Source: Candidatus Sulfotelmatobacter sp. (GTDB lineage: Bacteria > Acidobacteriota > Terriglobia > Terriglobales > Acidobacteriaceae). Taken from it: a stretch of 64,000 bases of DNA. The stretch spans positions 9,420 to 73,419 of the forward strand of contig JASHOT010000280.1 of NCBI GenBank assembly GCA_030040965.1. Direction: 5' to 3'. A model generated the notes under the pieces. The model saw only the letters and a program-made list of their open reading frames with translations. It was not told the DNA's origin and searched no databases. Shown here piece after piece: positions 18,762 through 28,220 of the stretch. A program made the position numbers and the translations under genes. Positions within the stretch are counted from its first letter, which is position 1. The number at the start of each line of letters is the position of its first letter.

Positions 18762-20606
18762 ATGAAACTTCGGAGCGCGTGCAGATGGCTCGCCGGCGTG
18801 TTGCTGGCAGCGTTGCCGGCCGCGGCGCAGATGCAGGTCGGGCTGGCGACGATGAACCTGAGCGGCAACGTCGGCTATACCTACGACGGGGGCATGGATC
18901 AAGGAGCTTCGAGCCATGGCATGGGATTTACGGGCAACGGAACTCTGACCGGGAATTACTACAACCCCAATTTTCTGAACTTCAACGTCCAGCCTTTCTA
19001 TAACCGCTCGCAGTCAGACTCGTTGTTTGGCACGCTGACCAACGCGTCGGGAGTTTCGTCGAATGTGAACCTGTTCGGCGGCACGCACTTTCCCGCAACC
19101 GTTTCCTTTGGCCGGGTGTTCAACGCGACCTCGGCGTTCGGCGTGCCCGGCTCCGATATCGGACTGGCACAGCACGGGAATACGCAGACGGTTGGCTTCG
19201 GCTGGAGCGCGTTGATACCGAACTGGCCGACGCTCACGGTGAATTACGGGATCAACGGCACCTCGAACGAGATTCTGGGCGAAGAAGGAAACGACACGGA
19301 AAAAGATCACACGCTCAACATGCTCTCGACGTATAAGCTGGACGGCTTCCGCATGACCGGCCAGTTCACGCACCGCAATACCGATGCGTCGTTTGACGAG
19401 GTGGTGGAAGACGGCGAAGGCCCGGTGACGACGCTGAGTTCGAGTAACACTTTCGGCGCGACGGTGACGCATTCGCTGCCTCTTTCCGGAGGGTTCGGGG
19501 TGAGCTGGACGCATCTAGGCTATAGCTACAACTATGACGATTCAGACTCGGCCAGCAACTCGGGCGGGGCGAGTACGGTGAATGCGAATGCGTCGGTCCA
19601 TCCCACACCGAAGCTCGCCATATCGGGAAATTCGAGCTACAACGACAGCCTGTTGGGAAGCATTCCGCAACCTCTGCTGAACAGCGGAGCGCCGCTGAAT
19701 TTGACCAGCCTGGGCAGCTTCCAGTCGGTATTTGTGGGCGGCGACGTGTTCTATCAACTGCTCAAGAATCTTGGCGTTCATGCCGATGTAGACCATGAGA
19801 ACCAGATGTTTCTGGGCAAAAGTTATTCGGCGACGCAATTCGGAGGCAGCGTCAACTTCCTTTTTGATCATTCCATTCTGAAGGGGTTGTCGTTCTCGGT
19901 GGGCGCGGTCGATACGGCACAGCAGGAGAGCAATACCGGACTGGGGTTCGTGGGCACGGTGAACTACAACCGCAAGTTCTACGGATGGGATGTGGGCGCG
20001 AACTTCAGCTATTCACAGAATGTGCAGACTGTGCTGCTGCTGTATACCACGTCGTCGTACAGCTACCTGGGAAACGTGAGACATCGCATCGGCGAGAGCA
20101 CATACTTCATGGCGGGATACAGCGGGGCGCACAGCGGGCTGACGGCAAATTCGGGTACCACGAGCAGCGCCGAACGGTTCTATACGACTTTCTTGCATCG
20201 CGGCAACAGCTTCAACGCCTTTTACACGCAATCCGATGGACTGGCGGTGCTGACGGCAAGTGGGCTGGTGCCGGTCTCGACGACTCTACCGACGCAGGTG
20301 CTGGAGTCCAGTGCGCTGACCTCGTATTCGTCGAAGGGATGGGGATTTAATATTGGCCTGACCCCGATCAAGCGGTTGACCATCAGCGGCGGATTCGCGA
20401 AGTCGAACGGCGATACGATCGCTCCTTTATTAACGACCTATAACAACAACGAACTGATCAACGCAGTCATGCAGTACCGGTTAAGAAAGATATACCTCAA
20501 TGGCGGATATACGCGACTGCAGCAGAGTTTAGGTGTGCCGGGCTCGTCGCCGATTATGGTAACGTCGTACTACATCGGGTTCTCCAGATGGTTCAACTTC
20601 TTCTGA
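18762..20606 (+). CDS. predicted large outer-membrane beta-barrel (porin-like, ~614 aa)
   Basis: Signal peptide MKLRSACRWLAGVLLAALPAAAQ. Long run of short alternating hydrophobic/polar strands rich in G/S/T/N/Y. C-terminus ...YYIGFSRWFNFF (terminal aromatic). An alternative GTG start at 18669 overlaps the PPIase stop. Confidence 0.7.
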   Translation: MKLRSACRWLAGVLLAALPAAAQMQVGLATMNLSGNVGYTYDGGMDQGASSHGMGFTGNGTLTGNYYNPNFLNFNVQPFYNRSQSDSLFGTLTNASGVSSNVNLFGGTHFPATVSFGRVFNATSAFGVPGSDIGLAQHGNTQTVGFGWSALIPNWPTLTVNYGINGTSNEILGEEGNDTEKDHTLNMLSTYKLDGFRMTGQFTHRNTDASFDEVVEDGEGPVTTLSSSNTFGATVTHSLPLSGGFGVSWTHLGYSYNYDDSDSASNSGGASTVNANASVHPTPKLAISGNSSYNDSLLGSIPQPLLNSGAPLNLTSLGSFQSVFVGGDVFYQLLKNLGVHADVDHENQMFLGKSYSATQFGGSVNFLFDHSILKGLSFSVGAVDTAQQESNTGLGFVGTVNYNRKFYGWDVGANFSYSQNVQTVLLLYTTSSYSYLGNVRHRIGESTYFMAGYSGAHSGLTANSGTTSSAERFYTTFLHRGNSFNAFYTQSDGLAVLTASGLVPVSTTLPTQVLESSALTSYSSKGWGFNIGLTPIKRLTISGGFAKSNGDTIAPLLTTYNNNELINAVMQYRLRKIYLNGGYTRLQQSLGVPGSSPIMVTSYYIGFSRWFNFF

Positions 20607-21760
20607 GGATCGCAGCCGGAAGGAAGTTCCTGCGTTTCGGGGCCGCTCTCACAGGGATGGTGCTGCTTCTGGCGGCTGCGGGATGGGCCGCGGGCGGGGG
20701 CAAGGCAAGCAGGGACAAAGAAAAAGCGGCCGAGCCGGCGCCTCCGGATTTGCTGCTCGAGGGCGGCCGCAAATTGCACTACGAGCGCAGCTTCAGCTCC
20801 GAAAAAGAAGTGGAAGGCAAGCGCGGATTTTTCACCAAGCTGGTGGATGTGGTTGCGGGTGAGCCGGACCATCCGCATCTGGTGCGGCCCTACAGTATTG
20901 CCGTGGATTCGAAGGGACGAGCCATCGTTGCCGATCCGGGCGCGAACGGGATCCACATCTTCGACTTCGAAAATCACAAGTACAAGTTCATCGAGCGGCG
21001 GGACAAGTCGAAAGACAAGGACCCGATGCGCACGCCGCAGTGCGTCGCCGTCGATGCGCAGGACAATATTTATGTCACCGATTCGGTGGCAGGCAAAGTT
21101 TTCGTCTTCGATCCCAGCGGAAAATTCAAGCGCGCGCTGGGCAGCCTGAAAGGCGGCGAAGGATATTTCAAGCGGCCTACCGGCATTGCCGTGGATTCGA
21201 CTGCGCAGAAGATATACATCAGCGACACGCTGCGCGACAAAATCTTTGTGCTCGATATGGATGGCCGGGTGCTGACGAGCATCGGCAAGCGGGGCGGAGG
21301 CGACGGGGAATTCAATCTTCCGACGGAACTGCTGGTGCACGACCAGAATCTGTACGTGGTTGATGCCATGAATTTCCGGGTGCAGTATCTGGACCGCGGC
21401 GGCGCCTATCAGACCGAGATTGGCCGCATCGGGGATACCAGCGGCACGATGTTCCGGCCGAAAGGGATTGCGATCGATTCCGAAGACCACTTGTACGTGG
21501 TGGATGGGCTGTGGGGTATTGTTCAGGTTTTCGATCAGCAGGGAAGGTTGCTCTATTACTTCGGCAGCCGCGGAACGGCGAGCGGTGAATTTCAGTTGCC
21601 CACCGGATTGTTTATCGATCACGACGACCACGTCTACGTGGTCGATTCGTTCAACCGGCGCGTGCAGGTATTCAAATATTACGGCTTACCGAAGCAGGCG
21701 CTGTCGCAACCATCGGGGCCGGCGCAGCAGCCGAGGGAAGAACAAGGATCGGGACGATGA
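20588..21760 (+). CDS. NHL-repeat six-bladed beta-propeller protein, second copy
   Basis: Overlaps the upstream gene by 19 nt. N-terminal membrane/signal segment. Blades include IYVTDSVAGKVFVFD, IYISDTLRDKIFVLD, LYVVDAMNFRVQYLD and VYVVDSFNRRVQVFKY. Confidence 0.85.
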   Translation: MVQLLLRIAAGRKFLRFGAALTGMVLLLAAAGWAAGGGKASRDKEKAAEPAPPDLLLEGGRKLHYERSFSSEKEVEGKRGFFTKLVDVVAGEPDHPHLVRPYSIAVDSKGRAIVADPGANGIHIFDFENHKYKFIERRDKSKDKDPMRTPQCVAVDAQDNIYVTDSVAGKVFVFDPSGKFKRALGSLKGGEGYFKRPTGIAVDSTAQKIYISDTLRDKIFVLDMDGRVLTSIGKRGGGDGEFNLPTELLVHDQNLYVVDAMNFRVQYLDRGGAYQTEIGRIGDTSGTMFRPKGIAIDSEDHLYVVDGLWGIVQVFDQQGRLLYYFGSRGTASGEFQLPTGLFIDHDDHVYVVDSFNRRVQVFKYYGLPKQALSQPSGPAQQPREEQGSGR

Positions 21761-23682
21761 AGCGACGGACTCCAGCCACGGTGCTGTTGCTGCTCGGCCT
21801 GATCGCGCATCCGGCGAGCGGCCAGACACAGCCAGCGGGCGACGTCCTCGGCTCGCACAACCTCTCCCTCAGCGGAACATCCCCAATCAAAGGCCGGCTT
21901 GATCCCTGCCTCTATTGCCATGTGCCGCACTCCGGCGTGCAGAATTCGAATGCGGCGCTGTGGAGTCAGACGCTCTCGACCCAAACCTATACCACGTATT
22001 CGAGCACAACACTGCACAATACGTCGCAGCAGCCAACGCTGGGAGGACCGAGCAGCCTGTGCCTGAGCTGTCACGATGGCACGGTGGCTGTAGGGCAGAC
22101 GCAGCCTTACGGGCAGGTCCCGATGAGCGGCAGCATGTACCCAGCCGACGTGTTTGGAACGAATCTGCAGGGATCACATCCGTTCAGCTTGAAGCTGCCG
22201 CTGGTGGACGCGGCGGATCTTGTGCCTTCGCTGGTGTTGAATGGAACGACAGCCGATCCCCTGCATGCGGTGCAGCTAATCAACGGTGACGTGGAGTGCA
22301 CCAGCTGCCACACACCGCACAACCAGGCGATCGACACGATATCGAAGAATTTTCTGGTGCGCGACAGTTCGAGTGGGCAACTTTGCCTGGCCTGCCACGA
22401 TCCGAATCCGCGGACGGTCAACGGACAAAGCAATGACCTGGCGCAGTGGTCGGGCAGCATCCATTCAACGGCGGGAAATGCGATTGCCAACAATCCCTTG
22501 CTGGGCAGCTACACAACCGTGGCGCAGAACGCGTGCCTGTCGTGCCACATGCCGCATAATTCGGCGTCGCCGATGCGACTGCTGCGCGAGCCGGTGCCGC
22601 CCATGCCCAACATGGATGTCTCGACGCAGAACTGCATCACCTGCCACAACGGCAACTCCAATATTTCGCCGGCGATTACCAATGTCTATGCGGAGTTTGC
22701 CAAGATCTCCCATCCGTTTCCTGCAGGCGTGAACCAGCATGATGCGGGCGAGCCGGCGCTGCTGAACAATAATCGTCACGCAACGTGCGTGGACTGCCAT
22801 AATCCGCACGCTGCCTTGCAGGTGACTTCGTTTTCGGCGACGCTACCACCGCTGATCCGGCCGTCGCAAGCCGGTGTGGTCGGGATCAGCGCCACCGATG
22901 GTGTGAGCGTCCTTACTCCGGCAGTGAATCAATATGAGAACTGCTTGCGCTGCCATGGCATGAGCACCGGCAAACAAACTCCGGCGATCTTTGGATACCT
23001 GCCGACCCGCATCGTCAATGCTGCCGATCCGTTGAATCTGTTGCCGCAGATGAATTCCACGGCAAGCTCGAGCCACCCGGTACTGCATCCTAGCTCGAGC
23101 GCCTTGCCGCAGCCGAGCCTGCTGGCGTTCATGCTGCAACTGGATGGGAAGACGCAAGGGCGGGCGATGGGCACGCAAATCTATTGCAGCGACTGCCACA
23201 ACAGCGACGACAATCGCGAGTTCGGCGGCACCGGCCCCAACGGGCCGCACGGATCGAAGTGGCTGCATCTGCTCGAGCGCCGCTACGAATTCAGCGAGGC
23301 TCCCGGACCGGGACAACGCATTACCAATCTCTATCCCAATCCGGATGTCAGCATCAACGGCCCCTACGCCATGTGCGGGAAATGCCACGACCTGCAGAAC
23401 CAGATTCTCGCAAATACAAGCTGGGCACGGCATTCCAGCCACATCAACGCGGGATTCTCCTGCTCGACCTGCCACACTCCGCATGGCATCGGAGCGAGCA
23501 GCGGAAATCTCACCGGCGAGCGGCTTATCAATTTTGATTCGAAAGTCGTTGCGCCCAACGGCGGCATGCCGGTCTCCTATAATCGCGGCGCCAACACCTG
23601 CGCGCTGGTTTGCCACGAGACCGTGCACTATCCCAATGGCACGGTTACGCCGCTGACGGTAAAGGGGCCGGGGAAACGGTAA
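21757..23682 (+). CDS. multihaem c-type cytochrome with 11 CXXCH plus one CX3CH (CALVCH)
   Basis: ATGA overlap with the upstream stop. Signal peptide MKRRTPATVLLLLGLIAHPASG. Motifs counted by eye, several as CxxCH.PH. Confidence 0.9.
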   Translation: MKRRTPATVLLLLGLIAHPASGQTQPAGDVLGSHNLSLSGTSPIKGRLDPCLYCHVPHSGVQNSNAALWSQTLSTQTYTTYSSTTLHNTSQQPTLGGPSSLCLSCHDGTVAVGQTQPYGQVPMSGSMYPADVFGTNLQGSHPFSLKLPLVDAADLVPSLVLNGTTADPLHAVQLINGDVECTSCHTPHNQAIDTISKNFLVRDSSSGQLCLACHDPNPRTVNGQSNDLAQWSGSIHSTAGNAIANNPLLGSYTTVAQNACLSCHMPHNSASPMRLLREPVPPMPNMDVSTQNCITCHNGNSNISPAITNVYAEFAKISHPFPAGVNQHDAGEPALLNNNRHATCVDCHNPHAALQVTSFSATLPPLIRPSQAGVVGISATDGVSVLTPAVNQYENCLRCHGMSTGKQTPAIFGYLPTRIVNAADPLNLLPQMNSTASSSHPVLHPSSSALPQPSLLAFMLQLDGKTQGRAMGTQIYCSDCHNSDDNREFGGTGPNGPHGSKWLHLLERRYEFSEAPGPGQRITNLYPNPDVSINGPYAMCGKCHDLQNQILANTSWARHSSHINAGFSCSTCHTPHGIGASSGNLTGERLINFDSKVVAPNGGMPVSYNRGANTCALVCHETVHYPNGTVTPLTVKGPGKR

Positions 23683-23878
23683 GAACTGCGACGGCTCGGG
23701 AACATCCGGAAAGCATGCCCGTCCGCGACTGGACGGAAGCGGCTCTTAGGACAGGGAGGGTTCTCAATCGTTTGCGAGTTCACGTCAGGCAATTACCAAA
23801 TGGACCCGGCGCGGCCTCCGGGCCGCACCGCTGCGCTTTACGAACTTGCACCAAAAAGCCAATCTACCCTACTGTAGC

Positions 23879-24106
23879 CTACTCAGTAAAATAGCCCTCC
23901 GACCAATTGTCCACTCCTATGAGATACCTGACAATCTCAAATCCTTCAGGGTAGTCCTTGAATCCCGGTCTTTCCGCAATACGCCCTTGTGCAGACCTTG
24001 CGTCACTTTCAGATGAGTAAACACCAATAAGCTTTTCGTTGTTCTCACTCGCGCCCGTAGGATGGAGAGTGCCACAAGAGATAGACCGCATTCATTAATC
24101 TTTACT
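23879..24106 (-). pseudogene. small conserved-looking protein split by a frameshift
   Basis: Frame 1 gives MNAVYLLWHSPSYGRE-stop. The 70-aa track ORF in the adjacent frame continues ...ASENNEKLIGVYSSESDARSAQGRIAERPGFKDYPEGF.... Together they read as one ~75-aa protein. The join is near a GGG run at ~24058-24062. Confidence 0.4.
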
Positions 24107-24341
24107 CCTTTCTCGCCTGTTATTGTCCACGCCCGCTTACCTGGCTGGCGGATGGCGTCGACTCCAAACAGAAGGAATGGTATTGCCTAAGCAGGTCACA
24201 GCAAGATAAATGTTACCTTCCCGGTCGAAAGTGGTGACCAAAGGCTTTGATCCGCTCGAGGATACTTGGAACCGCGTCAATCGGTCGGGTGCCATTCTGC
24301 CTCGGGCCTAAAGTTCATCGGCACTCCTCTAATGCTGGCGC

Positions 24342-27300
24342 CTATTGCACCGTCAGCGTCGCCGTGGTGATGGCTACCGGACTCGGCTGGGCTGCCGTCG
24401 TTCCCTGTATCTGGATGTTGTAGGTCACGGGATTCTGCTGATGTGACGAACTGCTGCTTCCCCCGCAACCGACGAGAGCAAACAGAGCCAGGGAGGCTAG
24501 GGCGAGCGACAGCCAACGCTTGCGATTGCGGCGCGCACGGCCAATCAGAAGAATTCCAGCAAGCGGACTGAAGGCGAGAGAAATCTGAGTAGCCAGGAGC
24601 GTTGTGTGGCCATTCTTCAGGGGCTGTTTGTTGAGCGAAGCGGAGTCCGACGGCACCGTGACCGTCAGCGTGAACGATACGGCGCTGCTGCCAGGCGTAA
24701 TGGTCGCAGGTGAGAAGGTGCAAGTCGAGCCTGTGGGAATAGAGCTCTGCAAACACGAAAGCGTGATGGGCTGGTGCGGGTTGCCGGTGTTGGCGTTGAG
24801 AGAAAGCGAGAAGTTGGCTGTGCCTCCCGGGGAGATCGTCTGCGGAGCCGGTTGGCCGGCCGAAGGAGCGGTAACGATTGCGATCGGGTAAGACCCGGAA
24901 ACCGTGGAGTCGGCCTGCGAAACGGCGGTGATCAGAACCAGCGCCGGCGAAGGAACGGAACTCGGCGCCGTGTAGTTACCGTTCGTGTCGATCGTGCCGA
25001 TGGTCGAGTTGCCGCCGGCGATCGTGTTCACTTCCCAATTCACGGCGGTGTTCGTTTCTCCGGTCACGGCAGCGGTAAAGCTCTGGGTGCTGGAGGTATA
25101 GACCTCGGTCACGCCCGCTGGGGTTGTGCTCACACTGATGGCCCCAGCGTCGCTGGCCGCGAGAGTGACCGCTGCAGAGGCTGATGTCGTGCCATTCGCG
25201 TCCGAGATCGCGGTTACCGTTATCGCAGACGAAGGCGCGGTGGCCGGGGCTGTGTACAGACCGGAGGCGAGAATGGTTCCGACAGTTGAGTTGCCGCCGG
25301 TGACTCCGTTCACTTGCCAGGTGACGTTCGTGTTGTTGGCACCGGTGACCGTGGCGAGATATTGCTGCGTACCGCCGACGGCAAGGGTCGTCGACGATGG
25401 CACGACGGACATCACCACTGTGGATGTGAGCTGGCGGATGCGCGAATTCTGGCTATCGGCGACGAACAGATTTCCCGCGCTCACGGCAACGGCTTCAGGT
25501 CCGTTAAGCTGCGCCGAGGTTGCCGGTCCTCCGTCGCCCGAAAAGGCGGCTGTGCCGGTGCCCGCGATGGTCTCGATCGTGGCGTCGATGGCGACGACTT
25601 CGCGGATGGCGGAGTTGTCAGTATCGGCGATAAACATGTTGCCCAGCGAGTCGACCAGCACGCCAAAGGGAGTATTCAGCAGCGCAGAGGTGGGCGCGCC
25701 GTTATCGCCCGCATAGCCGTCCTGCCCGAGAGTTCCGGCGACGGTGAGGATGTCGCCCGCGGGAATTGTGGTTCCGGCGATCGTGATCGATTGAGTTGTG
25801 GAATTCACCACGCGAATTGCCGAGTTCTGAGAATCGGCGATGAAAATGTCGTCGGAGGAGTCGAGAGAAATGCCGGTAGGAAAGTTGAGAGATGCGGCAT
25901 TAGCGGGGCCATTGTCGCCGCAGCCGCTGCTCGGGTCGTCGCATGCTGTGGGGGGAAGTCCGGCCACGGTGTTGATGGTTCCGGGCAGAACAGTGACTAA
26001 TCCGATGACGAGGTTTTGCGTGCCATTGTTCACCACGCGTATGGCGGAGTTGCCGGTATCGGCGATGAAGATGTTGCCGGCGGCATCGACGGCGACAGCT
26101 TGTGGATTGTCGAGCTGCGCGCTGGTGGGCGCAAGACCGTCGCCGGCATACCCGGCAGAGCCGAGTGTTCCGACGATCGTGTTAATGATTCCTGCCGGTG
26201 TGACTTGACGGATGACCGAATTTTCCGCGGTAACCCCGGTATCGGCAATGTAGATGTTTCCGAGGCTATCGACGAAAACGCCGTAGGGAAAATTCAGCTG
26301 GGCACTGATGGCCGCGCCGCCATCGCCGCAGCCGCCTGGGGCGGGAACAGCGCAGGTACTGCCGTTTCCTGCGACGGTTTGAATGTCTCCGGGCTGGATG
26401 GTCACGTTACCGATGGTGACCGCTTGTGAGCCTGGGTTGTAGACACGGATGACGGAGTTGACGGTATCAGAGATGTAGACGTTTCCGCCAGCATCAACCA
26501 AAACGCCGCCGGGGAAGGCGAGTTCGGCGCTAGTGGCGGGCCCGCCGTCGCCGGAGTAGGCAAGCGTGTTATTGCCGACTACGGTCTGGATCGTTGTGCC
26601 TGTGACTTCGCGGATCACATAATTGTCGCTGTCGGCGACGAAAATGTCGCCGGAGCTGTCGAGGAAAACTCCTGCGGGATAATTCATCAGGGCGCTGGTC
26701 CCTGGTCCGGATGAGGGGGTATAGCCGAATTGCCCGAGCGTTCCGGCAACGGTCGTGATGGTGCCGCTTGAGCTGACCTCGCGGATGGCATAGTTAAAGG
26801 TGTCGGCGATGTAAACGTTATCCGAGCTATCCACGTAAAGGCCGACTGGCAGACAGAGGAAGGCGCTGGTGGCAGATCCGTTGTCGCCGGTAAACTGGCA
26901 TGCCGAGCCCGTCAGGGAGTTGTAGTAAGTGCCGGCGACGATTTCAATTTCGCCGGACGGAATAGTGATTCCGGCGATTGTGACCGACGCTGTCCCTGGA
27001 TTCACAACGCGGATCACTGAGTTCAGCGTGTCGGAGATGAAGATATTTCCAGCTGCGTCGAGATAGACGCGTTCCGGTTCGTTGAAAATTGCGTCGAGTG
27101 CGGGGCAGCCGTCTCCCAAAGCATCCGTTTGCGCTGCGCAGCCGGTTCCACCGCCGGCAACAGTCCCGATAATGCCGGTATTGTTCGTGACCAGACGGAT
27201 GCCATTGTTGTCGGTGTCGGCGATGAAGATGTCGTCAGAGGAATCGACGTACAGGCCGAATGGTTCATTCAACTGTGCGCTCGTTGCCGGACCGCCATCG

Positions 27301-27797
27301 CCGGTGTAGCCAGGTCCAGCAGCGAAATTGCCCGCGACGGTAGCAATGTTTCCCGGCGCGATAGAAACCCCAGCAATTGTGATTGTAGAGGTGCCCATGT
27401 TGACGGCGCGGATCACGGAATTATAGGTATCTGCAATGAACACGTTGCCCGCGGGATCCAAAGCAATGGCCTGCGGTCCTCCCAGGCCAAATGAGGCGCC
27501 GGTGGCACGGCCACCATCGCCGGAGTAGCCGGGCGTGCCATTGCCCGCCACGATGGTGAGAGTGCCGGAGGTAGAAATTTTGAAGACATCGCCGGACCAG
27601 GAGTCGGCGATGTAGATATTACCAGCGCTGTCGAGAACGACGCTTTGTGTGGTTCCGATGCTGGCCATAAGCTCGGGAAGGTTATTGGGCCCGCCGCCGG
27701 CGATAGTGTTGATCGAATATTGGGCCCATGAGAATTGCGCGGCGCAGAGGGTGAGGGCGAGTCCGAGAACGCAAGAAAGGAAATTCCGTGGACGCAT
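24342..27797 (-). CDS. 1151-aa secreted protein: twelve NHL-type blades (two propellers) plus three Ig-like domains and an unusual C-terminal hydrophobic/basic/lipobox-like tail
   Basis: Twelve repeats of D..GN.[FY]I[AS]D..N..IR. Signal peptide MRPRNFLSCVLGLALTLCAAQFSWAQ. SD AAAGGGGAA before the ATG at 27797. The track ORF start at 27899 is an extension. Confidence 0.85.
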   Translation of the reverse strand: MRPRNFLSCVLGLALTLCAAQFSWAQYSINTIAGGGPNNLPELMASIGTTQSVVLDSAGNIYIADSWSGDVFKISTSGTLTIVAGNGTPGYSGDGGRATGASFGLGGPQAIALDPAGNVFIADTYNSVIRAVNMGTSTITIAGVSIAPGNIATVAGNFAAGPGYTGDGGPATSAQLNEPFGLYVDSSDDIFIADTDNNGIRLVTNNTGIIGTVAGGGTGCAAQTDALGDGCPALDAIFNEPERVYLDAAGNIFISDTLNSVIRVVNPGTASVTIAGITIPSGEIEIVAGTYYNSLTGSACQFTGDNGSATSAFLCLPVGLYVDSSDNVYIADTFNYAIREVSSSGTITTVAGTLGQFGYTPSSGPGTSALMNYPAGVFLDSSGDIFVADSDNYVIREVTGTTIQTVVGNNTLAYSGDGGPATSAELAFPGGVLVDAGGNVYISDTVNSVIRVYNPGSQAVTIGNVTIQPGDIQTVAGNGSTCAVPAPGGCGDGGAAISAQLNFPYGVFVDSLGNIYIADTGVTAENSVIRQVTPAGIINTIVGTLGSAGYAGDGLAPTSAQLDNPQAVAVDAAGNIFIADTGNSAIRVVNNGTQNLVIGLVTVLPGTINTVAGLPPTACDDPSSGCGDNGPANAASLNFPTGISLDSSDDIFIADSQNSAIRVVNSTTQSITIAGTTIPAGDILTVAGTLGQDGYAGDNGAPTSALLNTPFGVLVDSLGNMFIADTDNSAIREVVAIDATIETIAGTGTAAFSGDGGPATSAQLNGPEAVAVSAGNLFVADSQNSRIRQLTSTVVMSVVPSSTTLAVGGTQQYLATVTGANNTNVTWQVNGVTGGNSTVGTILASGLYTAPATAPSSAITVTAISDANGTTSASAAVTLAASDAGAISVSTTPAGVTEVYTSSTQSFTAAVTGETNTAVNWEVNTIAGGNSTIGTIDTNGNYTAPSSVPSPALVLITAVSQADSTVSGSYPIAIVTAPSAGQPAPQTISPGGTANFSLSLNANTGNPHQPITLSCLQSSIPTGSTCTFSPATITPGSSAVSFTLTVTVPSDSASLNKQPLKNGHTTLLATQISLAFSPLAGILLIGRARRNRKRWLSLALASLALFALVGCGGSSSSSHQQNPVTYNIQIQGTTAAQPSPVAITTATLTVQ

Positions 27798-28098
27798 GTT
27801 ATTTCCCCTTTCGGACGACGCGGTACGATCCTGAAAGCCGCGGTATGTCACTGGCGGCGCCGGCCGCGATCGAAACGGGCGATATAGCGGCGACTGCAAG
27901 CAGGAGATTGAAAGTGCGCGTCTTTCTCAAGTTCAAAGCACCCCAGTTCATAGGCGGCCGTCCTTTGAGGTTCGTTCTATTCCCAGGGGAGTTTCATTCC
28001 GGGGAAGTCGTAGAACCCGTGCAGAGATATCGAACCCGTCTTTTATCCCAAAGTAGGGTGCTCGGGCAAACTGTGCAGCCATTCATGTCACAGGCGGA

Positions 28099-28114
28099 TG
28101 TGATTGAAATCACA
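28099..28114. promoter_or_regulatory. perfect palindrome TGTGATTGAAATCACA (reverse complement of the 13376 and 33140 16-mers)
   Basis: Read directly. Lies between the divergent giant NHL gene and the membrane-protein gene, 107 nt before 28221. Confidence 0.55.
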
Positions 28115-28220
28115 GCGCTGGTCGCGCGCAGCTTTCCAGGCGCGTAAAGCCTTCTCTCACAACGGGATGGTCCGCGCAGTATGAGCGTAGGAGGATTGAT
28201 TTAATCGGCTACAATGTCGC

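Noticed and set aside
24480-24545. PEP-CTERM sorting signal at the end of the NHL/Ig protein.
   Set aside because: There is no PEP tripeptide. The hydrophobic-basic segment is followed by ~65 more residues including a lipobox-like motif. It is reported instead as an unexplained tail.
28066-28081. Sigma-54-like element TGGCTGCACAGTTTGCC on the minus strand upstream of the giant NHL gene.
   Set aside because: The GG to GC spacing is N11 rather than the invariant N10. It also lies only ~18 nt from the palindrome, too close for an enhancer arrangement.
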